In this document: positions 17,146 to 24,848 of the stretch, piece after piece
Layout: every line of letters starts with the position of its first letter
Position numbering within the stretch: the first letter of the stretch is position 1
Source: a virus
Taxonomy: Duplodnaviria > Caudoviricetes
IMG/VR virus record: IMGVR_UViG_3300032247_001094
Coordinates: 1-29,430 of that record
DNA: 29,430 nt
Strand: one strand, 5' to 3'
Notes under the pieces: model-generated
Databases searched by the model: none
Told to the model about the DNA's origin: nothing
Seen by the model: the letters and a program-made list of their open reading frames with translations, nothing else
Made by a program: the position numbers and the translations under genes

Positions 17146-17675
17146 AGTGATTTTTCCCAAATACCTTTCAAATATTTAGCCGAATTTAAAGTTTTTTCAA
17201 GATCATTTCTTGCATCTTCCAGCAAACTTTCATTCTTTGCCATTCGAGCATTACACACATCCACTGTAAAGTAGTCCTTGCTTATAGTAGCACGGGCTTT
17301 TCTATACTGATAGTTGGTTTGATCCTGCGTATACTTACTTAGCCTTACGTCTTGGTACATAAGAGTTTGACTCTGCTTGATTCGATCGGTATGCGCCAGA
17401 ACACACCAATATACTGCTGACTTTTTGCTGGTGAATGGGTTTACTAAAGATCCCCATTCATCAAACACTTGCCAGACTTGATTTATATTTCTAACTGAAT
17501 ATTTGCCAACATGATACCCAGATTTTGATGGAGTTATTACTAACTCACTTCTGCTTATTTTATCGGTTTCTTTTTTGGTCCAAAGCCCAACGTATAAACT
17601 TGCGGCTTCTGCGGCCTCTACAATTTCTTGTATACGATTCTTAGTGACTTTTCTTTTTGTATGTGATTTTGCCAT
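17142..17675 (-). CDS. Hypothetical protein
   Basis: ORF fills the gap between neighbours; probable start MAKSH at 17675 (uncertain). Confidence 0.65.
   Translation of the reverse strand: MAKSHTKRKVTKNRIQEIVEAAEAASLYVGLWTKKETDKISRSELVITPSKSGYHVGKYSVRNINQVWQVFDEWGSLVNPFTSKKSAVYWCVLAHTDRIKQSQTLMYQDVRLSKYTQDQTNYQYRKARATISKDYFTVDVCNARMAKNESLLEDARNDLEKTLNSAKYLKGIWEKSL
17173..17178 (-). promoter_or_regulatory. Late-type promoter motif TAAATA
   Basis: ggcTAAATA (same context as 1395-1403), 27 nt before ATG 17145. Confidence 0.55.
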
Positions 17676-17850
17676 CTTGATTCTTTCGCAATAAAACATC
17701 TTTATTGACTAATTGATTTGCTATGTGTTGCTCACGTAGCCCTAGCTGAGATTTTTCAATTATCTCATGCTCGTTGAATAATCCGAGTATATCAGATTCT
17801 TCGTTGGTTATCGGTACTTGTAAATGATTGGTTAATTCAACTATCTTCAT
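17641..17850 (-). CDS. Small hypothetical protein (MKIVEL..., winged-helix-like)
   Basis: 69 aa, ATGA overlap; ANQLVNKDVLLR helix-wing pattern. Confidence 0.65.
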   Translation of the reverse strand: MKIVELTNHLQVPITNEESDILGLFNEHEIIEKSQLGLREQHIANQLVNKDVLLRKNQDGKITYKKKSH

Positions 17851-18110
17851 TTTATATGTACTATTAAAGTAATAATACCGCCAATCATTGCACCAACTAA
17901 TGTGGAGCCAACCGCAATAATTGTCTTGTTTGATTCGTTGGGAGCCGACGCAATGGCTGTCTTTATCTCACCAATGAGATTTTCAATTTTACCCATTCGA
18001 GTATCTAAACTCGTTAGTCTTTCGTCCAAGTTGCTGTACCTTTCAGCGCAAAGTTCTACGTGCGCCTCAAGACTCTTCTTTTCAATATCTGTGGAAGCCA
18101 TTTGCTTCAT
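17847..18110 (-). CDS. Coiled-coil protein with C-terminal TM helix (XhlA/holin-like architecture)
   Basis: Heptad segment LDERLTSLDTRMGKIENLI then IIAVGSTLVGAMIGGIITLIV. AAGGA spacing favours the second ATG at 18101. Confidence 0.6.
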   Translation of the reverse strand: MKQMASTDIEKKSLEAHVELCAERYSNLDERLTSLDTRMGKIENLIGEIKTAIASAPNESNKTIIAVGSTLVGAMIGGIITLIVHIK

Positions 18111-18127
18111 TCCTTTTGGTTAATGGG

Positions 18128-18204
18128 TAATGCTGTTTTATATGTGCCATAAAGAAATTGCCAAAGATGAGCCTGAGTGGTGCCGTAGCATTAAATGTTA
18201 TTTA
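18128..18204 (-). promoter_or_regulatory. TAAATA promoter plus structured 5' leader with four GGCW repeats
   Basis: TAAATA at 18199-18204; 7-bp inverted repeat 18128-18134/18187-18193 encloses GGCA, GGCT, GGCA, GGCA. Confidence 0.5.
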
Positions 18205-18637
18205 AGTCTATTGCTAGATTCTTAAAGTATATATTTTTAATAGCACCATGCGGATAGAATATTGGAAGCATAAAACGAGCAGTCTCCTCGAGACCTTGAA
18301 TAATTGGTATTTGTTCAAAGTCTTTTACTAATGCCCCCAATGGATTGTCATCTAACAAAAATACATCTGTGTGTTCCACTGCAAAAGTCCAGGCCCAGAT
18401 TCTATGACACCCTTGGTAGTATTCTCCAAATTCCCACCCCTCATTTAAATTGGTTTCTGTACATACTGGGCCATTAATTAACAACGGTTGTGTCCTTAAT
18501 CCAATGGTTTGTAATACTGTTTCCCAATTACGTTGTTGGTTTCTTTCTCGCTCTTGTTCTTGTTGGTAACGAGTCACCCTCGTGGCTGTGATATCCACCA
18601 AAGTGTATCCTGTATAAAACTGTAAATCGCGATCCAT
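18191..18637 (-). CDS. Hypothetical phage protein (YTLVDITAT...QQRNWET)
   Basis: Start at ATG 18637, 5 nt after TAAATA. Confidence 0.7.
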   Translation of the reverse strand: MDRDLQFYTGYTLVDITATRVTRYQQEQERERNQQRNWETVLQTIGLRTQPLLINGPVCTETNLNEGWEFGEYYQGCHRIWAWTFAVEHTDVFLLDDNPLGALVKDFEQIPIIQGLEETARFMLPIFYPHGAIKNIYFKNLAIDLNNI

Positions 18638-18642
18638 GCAGA

Positions 18643-18648
18643 TATTTA
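18643..18648 (-). promoter_or_regulatory. Late-type promoter motif TAAATA
   Basis: Directly after the terminator; TAAATA-N5-ATG. Confidence 0.6.
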
Positions 18649-18653
18649 TGTAC

Positions 18654-18684
18654 AAAGAAAAAGGCGGAATTAAACCGCCCTTTT
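18654..18684 (-). terminator. Rho-independent terminator (possibly bidirectional)
   Basis: GGCGG-7nt-CCGCC followed by UUUUUCUUU; a T-run is also present on the other side. Confidence 0.75.
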
Positions 18685-18700
18685 ATGGTGTTACTAGAAA

Positions 18701-19144
18701 TTATGCTAGTTTCATGCCACCTGTGCTAGATACCACAGCACTACTTACAGTACTGTTACCATATACACCTAGTTGTGTGATGTTTGCACGAATGTAGGCT
18801 TGTAATTCACTATCGCCCCATGCACTGTGTTCAACTAATACACTTAGCTGACTGGTAGAACTTTCTGCTTGGTATGCCACGACTGTATTTCGTTGACCGA
18901 TAACACCGAGAATTTGTGATACCAACCCAACGTTGCCACTAGTGCGGTTAGTGCCGCTTTCTAGTGTTAAATTACTAGCAGCATATCCGCCAACACCAGT
19001 AATTTTATATGCAGTAATACGCCCACTCATACCAGTGGCAATAATGCCAGTTGCTGTGCGTGAACCACCGTCTGTGTTTCCATCAATGTCGGTCCAGACA
19101 ACTGCCGTCGCATCACCGTTTACTTTTAAAGCACCAATTGCCAT
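18701..19144 (-). CDS. Small virion structural protein (paralog of 19244-19654)
   Basis: MAIG..VNG start; own TAAATA promoter, GGAG RBS and terminator. Confidence 0.65.
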   Translation of the reverse strand: MAIGALKVNGDATAVVWTDIDGNTDGGSRTATGIIATGMSGRITAYKITGVGGYAASNLTLESGTNRTSGNVGLVSQILGVIGQRNTVVAYQAESSTSQLSVLVEHSAWGDSELQAYIRANITQLGVYGNSTVSSAVVSSTGGMKLA

Positions 19145-19164
19145 GTTATATCTCCAATATACTA

Positions 19165-19170
19165 TATTTA
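19165..19170 (-). promoter_or_regulatory. Late-type promoter motif TAAATA
   Basis: acTAAATAtagtatattGGAGatataacATG. Confidence 0.65.
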
Positions 19171-19194
19171 GTCGTGTTGTAAGGTTTTGTGGCC

Positions 19195-19221
19195 AATAAA
19201 AAACCCCACCGAAGTGGGGTT
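19195..19221 (-). terminator. Rho-independent terminator with C(UUCG)G tetraloop
   Basis: mRNA AACCCCAC-UUCG-GUGGGGUU-UUUUAUU. Confidence 0.9.
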
Positions 19222-19243
19222 AGTATTTAACGCTAAGTTAAAA

Positions 19244-19654
19244 TTAAGCCAATGTCCAAACACCTGCGCTAGTGAAACCTGCGCTAGTTGTAACTGCGCC
19301 TGCTGATGTACCAGTTGCCGCTGCAACTGCGTCAATGACTGCACCGTAAGCACCAGCTGTAGTTGCACCAGCAGCTTTGTTAAAAGTTGCGTCGTCTACC
19401 AAAACTGTAATTGCTGTTGTTGCACTTGCACTGTCAGTTGCCAAAATTGTACCGAATTGTGCAATAGCACGAATTGCTTTTGTACGTGTACCTTCGACGA
19501 TTGCAGAACCTGCACCACCTGTATCAGCAGTTGCGATACCTGTTTGTGCGATTTTGATCAAACGTGGTTGATAACCACCAATGTTAAATCCACCACCGTT
19601 AGCTACATCACCAATTGCTGGTGCGCCATTAACTCTTACTTGTCCGATTGCCAT
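19244..19654 (-). CDS. Ala/Thr/Gly-rich small virion structural protein (head decoration-like)
   Basis: MAIGQVRVNG start, AGGAG RBS, monocistronic late-type unit. Confidence 0.65.
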   Translation of the reverse strand: MAIGQVRVNGAPAIGDVANGGGFNIGGYQPRLIKIAQTGIATADTGGAGSAIVEGTRTKAIRAIAQFGTILATDSASATTAITVLVDDATFNKAAGATTAGAYGAVIDAVAAATGTSAGAVTTSAGFTSAGVWTLA

Positions 19655-19697
19655 GTTATTTCTCCTAATATAAATGGGCCTTTACGCCTCATGTAAA

Positions 19698-19703
19698 TAT
19701 TTA
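19698..19703 (-). promoter_or_regulatory. Late-type promoter motif TAAATA
   Basis: Within the palindrome TAAATATTTA (19694-19703), upstream of the 19654 gene. Confidence 0.6.
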
Positions 19704-19727
19704 TCTGTTTGACTAAAAAGTCGTTGG

Positions 19728-21596
19728 TTACTTATTGAATAAAGCTCTGCTAAATTGGCCGCGGTTTACTAATTTGATTAGGCCGTGTGGGCTCGGAAAT
19801 ACAAAACCTTCGCCACCAGATTGTTTGTTTACGCTTTGTGTAACGCCTTGTACTTGAGATTCAAGTTGCTGTGCTAGGTTCAATTTATACGCATATATTG
19901 CGTTCCATATTGCTTTTAATCCAGTATATCCCGGACTTTCTTGTACTTCATCATCGCTGTTTTTCTGGAATAACAACCCGGAATAATCATCACCCACTAG
20001 TGCATTATATTGTCTTGCACTGATATTGTGCTTCATCCAATCATGCAGATCTTCGGCTGTTTGAGCTGTAATCTTTTTATTAAAATATGTTTTAATTGAT
20101 GCTCGTGTGCTTGCAGGAATACCAACAAACAAATCATCAACCGCAGGTCCAAATTTTTGTATAGTTGCAGCAGCAGCTCTTGACAATTGCACTGGATCTT
20201 TAAGATTAAACCTAATACCAAGACCGGGTTTGATGACTGTTACCGCACCAGGTACTGTGACCAGCCCTTTTCCGTCCCATTCAGTAGCTGTGCCACCCAA
20301 TTCTCCAAAGTGTTGATGCACAACAATGCCCCCACTACTGCCCTTAATTAAGGAACCAATGGTGCTGTTAACTGGAACTTTGTATTCTACTGTGTTTGGT
20401 TGAAATACATAATTGCCTTTGACCGGGCTCAATGCGCCTGTCCAAAGTAAGTCGCCCCAGTAAAACCCAGGCCCCCGTGTCACTGCATCAAGTCCGGGCC
20501 ATAGTATGGCTAACTTGGCATACAAGTCCGGACGCATGGTCCCGCTGGGCTTTTGTGCGTCATACTCTTGCCATTGTTGTGGGCTAGTGGCCATTATACG
20601 TTTCTCAAACATGTACTTGTCCATCACAGCCAATTGCCCCTCAGGAGTACGACCAAATATCAATGCTGGGTATCCGTCCCATTTGATTGTAACTTTAGTG
20701 GGATTGGCAATTATACCACCCATACTTTTGACTGCTTGTTCTGCAGCTGCACTGCCATTGAATATACTATCCTCGGGATGAGGAGTTCTATCAGTGGTAT
20801 CTTCATTTAATGATTTTACAAAACTAAACTTAGTCTCGGGCAGTTGCTCGATCCACTTGGCAGTGCCCGGCATGATATCTTCTGGTAACTCAATGATACC
20901 ATGTGCTGCATCCTGTCTTGCTTGTGCCAGTTTACCTTCACGGTCCGGATCTTGCTTCAATGCTTGCATCATTGATGCAACACTATCCAAATCACTCTCT
21001 TTTGCCGTTGGTCCCAATAGTATTTTGGCAACTTGTTTTCGAGTTCTACCAACTACATCACCTGTGGTACGATCAATCAACTTTGCAGCAAATGGATCAA
21101 ATTTTAACCCCATATGCTTGGCAATACTGCTCATAAGAACAAAGTTACTACCACCATGAAATTTAGGGTCATTGTACATACCACGTGGTCCATGTTGATG
21201 CCATGGTGCAACCTTATCTGCTTCGGGAATCACCATTACATCAACTTGAGCTATACGTGATTCACCATTAAGGTCTTTATAAGGAATGCCCATAAACACC
21301 GTGCGGGCCTTAGTAACTGAATCTATTTTTCTAGAAGTAAGATATGCTTGTAATTTCTTCTTTGCCGCCAATACTGGGTCAACGGCATTATCTTGGGTTT
21401 GGAAATATTCAACTACATCCGTGGCATCAATCATTAAATCAACGTCACCACTCTCGTCACGAAACCCACTGCTGCCAATATTTACTTGTAAATTTTTTAA
21501 AATTTCAGCTGGCAGTGATTCTCTAGCAAGTGTTGCAACCTTGCCCGAATCTTCTCGGGCCACTGGGGTTGCTTTTTTAATTGCGTTTCCGCTCAT
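19728..21596 (-). CDS. Fusion of a Pol-beta-superfamily nucleotidyltransferase and an ATP-dependent ligase-like (KxDG; DUF6267-like) domain
   Basis: N-half: IGSSG....SGDVD and QVDVM. C-half: HPED, TIKWDG, WGDLL, EGFV, KLVNR. GAGG RBS gives start 21596. Confidence 0.7.
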   Translation of the reverse strand: MSGNAIKKATPVAREDSGKVATLARESLPAEILKNLQVNIGSSGFRDESGDVDLMIDATDVVEYFQTQDNAVDPVLAAKKKLQAYLTSRKIDSVTKARTVFMGIPYKDLNGESRIAQVDVMVIPEADKVAPWHQHGPRGMYNDPKFHGGSNFVLMSSIAKHMGLKFDPFAAKLIDRTTGDVVGRTRKQVAKILLGPTAKESDLDSVASMMQALKQDPDREGKLAQARQDAAHGIIELPEDIMPGTAKWIEQLPETKFSFVKSLNEDTTDRTPHPEDSIFNGSAAAEQAVKSMGGIIANPTKVTIKWDGYPALIFGRTPEGQLAVMDKYMFEKRIMATSPQQWQEYDAQKPSGTMRPDLYAKLAILWPGLDAVTRGPGFYWGDLLWTGALSPVKGNYVFQPNTVEYKVPVNSTIGSLIKGSSGGIVVHQHFGELGGTATEWDGKGLVTVPGAVTVIKPGLGIRFNLKDPVQLSRAAAATIQKFGPAVDDLFVGIPASTRASIKTYFNKKITAQTAEDLHDWMKHNISARQYNALVGDDYSGLLFQKNSDDEVQESPGYTGLKAIWNAIYAYKLNLAQQLESQVQGVTQSVNKQSGGEGFVFPSPHGLIKLVNRGQFSRALFNK

Positions 21597-23547
21597 TGTG
21601 TGCCTCAAATATAATACCACGTTGCTTAAGTTCAAAGATTGCGGCTTCGCGTAATCGCTTGCTACTCATTCTTCCGGACTTAGATGTCAACCACCATTGA
21701 ATATTTTCATTAGTGAGTTTCTTAAACTGACGCTTTAAACTTTCGTTTGTACCTTTAACAATATTGGCATTACTTGCTGTATCGTAAGCCAATTCTGCTT
21801 CTTTACGTAATGCTGATTGTTCTTCAGGTGTTAGTGCATTATAACTGGCAATTAATTGTTGAATAAATTTATCTGCAGGTGCAGGAGCAGTTTGTGTGGT
21901 AGATGCAACAGGTGCAGATTGCTGAGTAGACGGTTCTGCGTTTGCTGTTGCATCTACAGGTGCGGTAGTATCTTGGTTAGGAGTTGTTACTAAATCTGCA
22001 AATGTACCAGTTGGTGTTTCCGGAGTTGGTGGCTCAGTTGAAACTGCTGGCTGTGCTTGACCTGGTTCAGGTGCTGCCGCCTGAGGACTTGTTGCGGCTG
22101 GAGCATTAGGATTTCTGGCATTCTTCCAAACAGCAGCCTGCTGGTCCATTTTAGGATCAATCTTGCCCGTAGGATCTGCAATTGGGTCAACACCAGTTGC
22201 AGCCGGGATTCCGGCAGTTTTATACACAGATGCCACTGCATCAGTAGATAATCCGGCTTGTTGCAAAACTTGTGCTAATTGTTCACTGTCAGTTGGACTA
22301 CCAGCTTTTTTCCATGCTTGTTGTAACTTATCTGCCGTAACTTTGGTTGTTAAATTCTTGGCTTTAGTTTTCATCCAATCCAACGGACCTTCGGACAATT
22401 GGAATACTCGACGAATACCAGCTTCTGTTAATTGTACACCACCACGTGGTTTACCAATGGATTCATGCAATGCCCACATACGCACTGTTAGTGTTTGATC
22501 AATATTTTCACGCACTTGTTGACCCTTAAATAACATTTGTGCAGCTCTCATGTCTTCTGGGCTTGGTGTTGATCTTCCATACTTAGCAGCCTCTTGACTT
22601 GCTAACTGCTGAACCTTGGCATCCACTGGTATTGGTGCATTGATTTCTGCCTGACTAAAATCTGAGCCGCCAACGGTTTGACTTATAGCAGGGGAATCGG
22701 GAATGGCTGCTTGCAATTGTTGTGGTGTCATACCTGTAATTTTTTCAATTTGCAATCTCTCTTCGGGACTTGCAGTTGCCCAGCCGGCGGCTGCGTTCTG
22801 CGTGGCTGCTAAGTTTGCTTCTCGATCTGCGGCCGGTAAATTAATTTGTCCTTGTTGTCCACCACCCATTGCATCAAAACCGGCTTTAACACCTTGAGCA
22901 GCCAAGTTACCAATGGCACCAGCGGCTGCGCCCATTGCGGCACCTTTAAGGCCAGCCTTACCTGCATCTTTCCAAGATCCACCTTGCATCTTAGATGACA
23001 CTACACCCAGTAGGCCGCCAACCAATCCACCTGCGGCTGCACCACCAAGTGCTCCGCCTAGTTTACTACCAACTTGACCTGCAGCAATACCTGCGGCGCC
23101 ACTAAGGCCTGCCAATATTAACTGTTGTACAACGGGGTTCTTCATGCCCTGCTGTATCATTCCCATAGCAGTCTGTTTTGCTTTCGGGTCTTCAATTTTT
23201 CCTACAGCATCTGTTGCCTTTTGTTCAAAGTCTTTTACAGGTCCTGCATCCGGTGCAGGCAAATTCTTTTCAAACTTAGATTTAATCGCATCTACTTTTT
23301 GCGATACTGCATCGGCACCTTTACCTAATGCAGTTCTATTTCCGCCATCTGTTGTAGCTTGTTGTTCAGCACTAGTAAAAAGTTGGTTAATTTGTTCGGG
23401 ACTTAATGCAACTTCAGCAAGAAACTTGTTAACTGGAACAACAAAGTTTTCATTCATTTTTCTTAAGTTAAGTGCAGTAACAGGATCGGCTCCCACCATT
23501 AGGCTTTCAAGCAATGTTTTTTGTTTTATAGTTCTATTGATTTTCAT
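21577..23547 (-). CDS. Probable internal virion/ejection protein with glycine-zipper hydrophobic segment
   Basis: 656 aa, A/Q/G-rich, GxxxG repeats, Pro/Thr linker, many [ILV]-x-E sites. Confidence 0.55.
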   Translation of the reverse strand: MKINRTIKQKTLLESLMVGADPVTALNLRKMNENFVVPVNKFLAEVALSPEQINQLFTSAEQQATTDGGNRTALGKGADAVSQKVDAIKSKFEKNLPAPDAGPVKDFEQKATDAVGKIEDPKAKQTAMGMIQQGMKNPVVQQLILAGLSGAAGIAAGQVGSKLGGALGGAAAGGLVGGLLGVVSSKMQGGSWKDAGKAGLKGAAMGAAAGAIGNLAAQGVKAGFDAMGGGQQGQINLPAADREANLAATQNAAAGWATASPEERLQIEKITGMTPQQLQAAIPDSPAISQTVGGSDFSQAEINAPIPVDAKVQQLASQEAAKYGRSTPSPEDMRAAQMLFKGQQVRENIDQTLTVRMWALHESIGKPRGGVQLTEAGIRRVFQLSEGPLDWMKTKAKNLTTKVTADKLQQAWKKAGSPTDSEQLAQVLQQAGLSTDAVASVYKTAGIPAATGVDPIADPTGKIDPKMDQQAAVWKNARNPNAPAATSPQAAAPEPGQAQPAVSTEPPTPETPTGTFADLVTTPNQDTTAPVDATANAEPSTQQSAPVASTTQTAPAPADKFIQQLIASYNALTPEEQSALRKEAELAYDTASNANIVKGTNESLKRQFKKLTNENIQWWLTSKSGRMSSKRLREAAIFELKQRGIIFEAHNERKRN

Positions 23548-24581
23548 TTTCTTTTACCTTCTGCCATTAAGCCTGCAGCACGTCTTGCATCAAGTGCTTT
23601 CTTAATTTCTGCTTGTGAATCTTCTTTTGGTGCCGGTGCCGTTGTAGGGGCCGGTGGTTTGCTACCAATCATGTTACTAGGCATCATTGTGCTAGTAGTT
23701 GGTATACCGGTAGGTACATTCATTGTAGGTGTCTTGTATCCAGTTAATGTTTTACTGAAGTCCGGAGATGGTGCAGATGTTTTAGGTGCAGTTCCATCTA
23801 AGAATGCCTTTAGAGATTCTGCATCTTCACTGTTTCTACTAATCCATTGACTAATCTGTTGTTTGCTCATTGTTGGCGCACTAGTTGTTGTACTAGTTGA
23901 TGCTGAGTTACTAGTGGTACTGGTTGTTGGTGCTACGTTACCTGTTGTTGGTGCGGCGTTGCTAGTAGTATCTAATGGGATCTTTTGTCCTGTTTCATTG
24001 TCAAATTTTCCGCCTGCAGCACGATGCGCCTCACGTTCTTCGGGAGATAATGGAGCAGGGGTTACATTGCCTGTTGTTGATGCGGTGTTACCAGTTGTGC
24101 CAGTTGTTGGTGCAGTGTTACCAGTGGTACTTGTTGGTGCGGCGTTACTAGTAGTAGGAGTGGTAGTAGGAGCCTTGGCACCACCCATCTTGGCCCTGTC
24201 GGCAGCAGCGAACGCTAGAGTCATGTACTTCTGTACTTGATTGACATCTCTGGGATTTCCACGGAATGGTGCTACCTGTGGGCCACCAGCTAACTTTTGT
24301 GTATACCCAGTTAATTGCGTAGACAGTTCTGCAGGATCAGCATCAGGGTCAGCTTGGATCGTTCCCAACCATTGAGACGCAAATCTATTGGCAGTATTGG
24401 CCTTTGTTGTGGCAACATCGCCGGCTTGTCCACCAATCGTGTTGACTGCTTGTCCTTGTTTGTATCCCTGTATTGCACCCGGTATTGCTCCGGTACCCTG
24501 CTTCCAACCAGTTTTTGCACCCTGGAATGCAGATTTAATCGTGTCCAGCGGACCTTCGGTTAGTATTTCATTAATTTTCAT
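23544..24581 (-). CDS. Probable internal virion protein with MKINEILTE leader and Thr-rich repeats
   Basis: 345 aa low-complexity protein; second gene of the late operon. Confidence 0.6.
   Translation of the reverse strand: MKINEILTEGPLDTIKSAFQGAKTGWKQGTGAIPGAIQGYKQGQAVNTIGGQAGDVATTKANTANRFASQWLGTIQADPDADPAELSTQLTGYTQKLAGGPQVAPFRGNPRDVNQVQKYMTLAFAAADRAKMGGAKAPTTTPTTSNAAPTSTTGNTAPTTGTTGNTASTTGNVTPAPLSPEEREAHRAAGGKFDNETGQKIPLDTTSNAAPTTGNVAPTTSTTSNSASTSTTTSAPTMSKQQISQWISRNSEDAESLKAFLDGTAPKTSAPSPDFSKTLTGYKTPTMNVPTGIPTTSTMMPSNMIGSKPPAPTTAPAPKEDSQAEIKKALDARRAAGLMAEGKRK
23863..24170. repeat. Degenerate Thr-rich coding repeats (TT[SG]NxAPT) in two blocks
   Basis: TTGTTGGTGCGGCGTT[GA]CTAGTAGTA at about 23945-23970 and 24131-24156, plus shorter degenerate units. 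Confidence 0.75.
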
Positions 24582-24822
24582 TGTTACGCTGTCTCCTAAT
24601 TCCGCGAGTGAATTTTGCAGGGTCTTGCGCTCTAATACTGTTGAGCAATCTACGTTCTAATTCTAGACTAGTTTCAGTATCATAGTGTTCTTTGATATAA
24701 TTAATCAAATTAATAGCCCCTTGAATAACGTGGGTTGCGCGACTTTCTACTAAACTAGCCTGATCTTTAGCTACAGGCATGTTAGCGAGTTCGTCTAATA
24801 TACTACGGGTACGTTTTTGCAA
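24571..24822 (-). CDS. Hypothetical helical phage protein (TTG start)
   Basis: GGAGtgataacTTG; first gene after TAAATA. Confidence 0.75.
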   Translation of the reverse strand: MQKRTRSILDELANMPVAKDQASLVESRATHVIQGAINLINYIKEHYDTETSLELERRLLNSIRAQDPAKFTRGIRRQRNNEN

Positions 24823-24842
24823 GTTATCACTCCAATTAGTTA

Positions 24843-24848
24843 TATTTA
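24843..24848 (-). promoter_or_regulatory. Late-type promoter motif TAAATA
   Basis: Overlaps the radical SAM TAA stop; 9 nt before GGAG. Confidence 0.65.

Noticed and set aside
19224-19229. Extra TAAATA just upstream of the terminator (possible tiny RNA)
   Set aside because: Initiation would fall inside the hairpin, and the hexamer is frequent by chance
23863-24170. CRISPR array or DGR template/variable repeat
   Set aside because: Repeats are in-frame and degenerate, with no regular spacers, no adenine-specific mismatch pattern and no reverse transcriptase in the window
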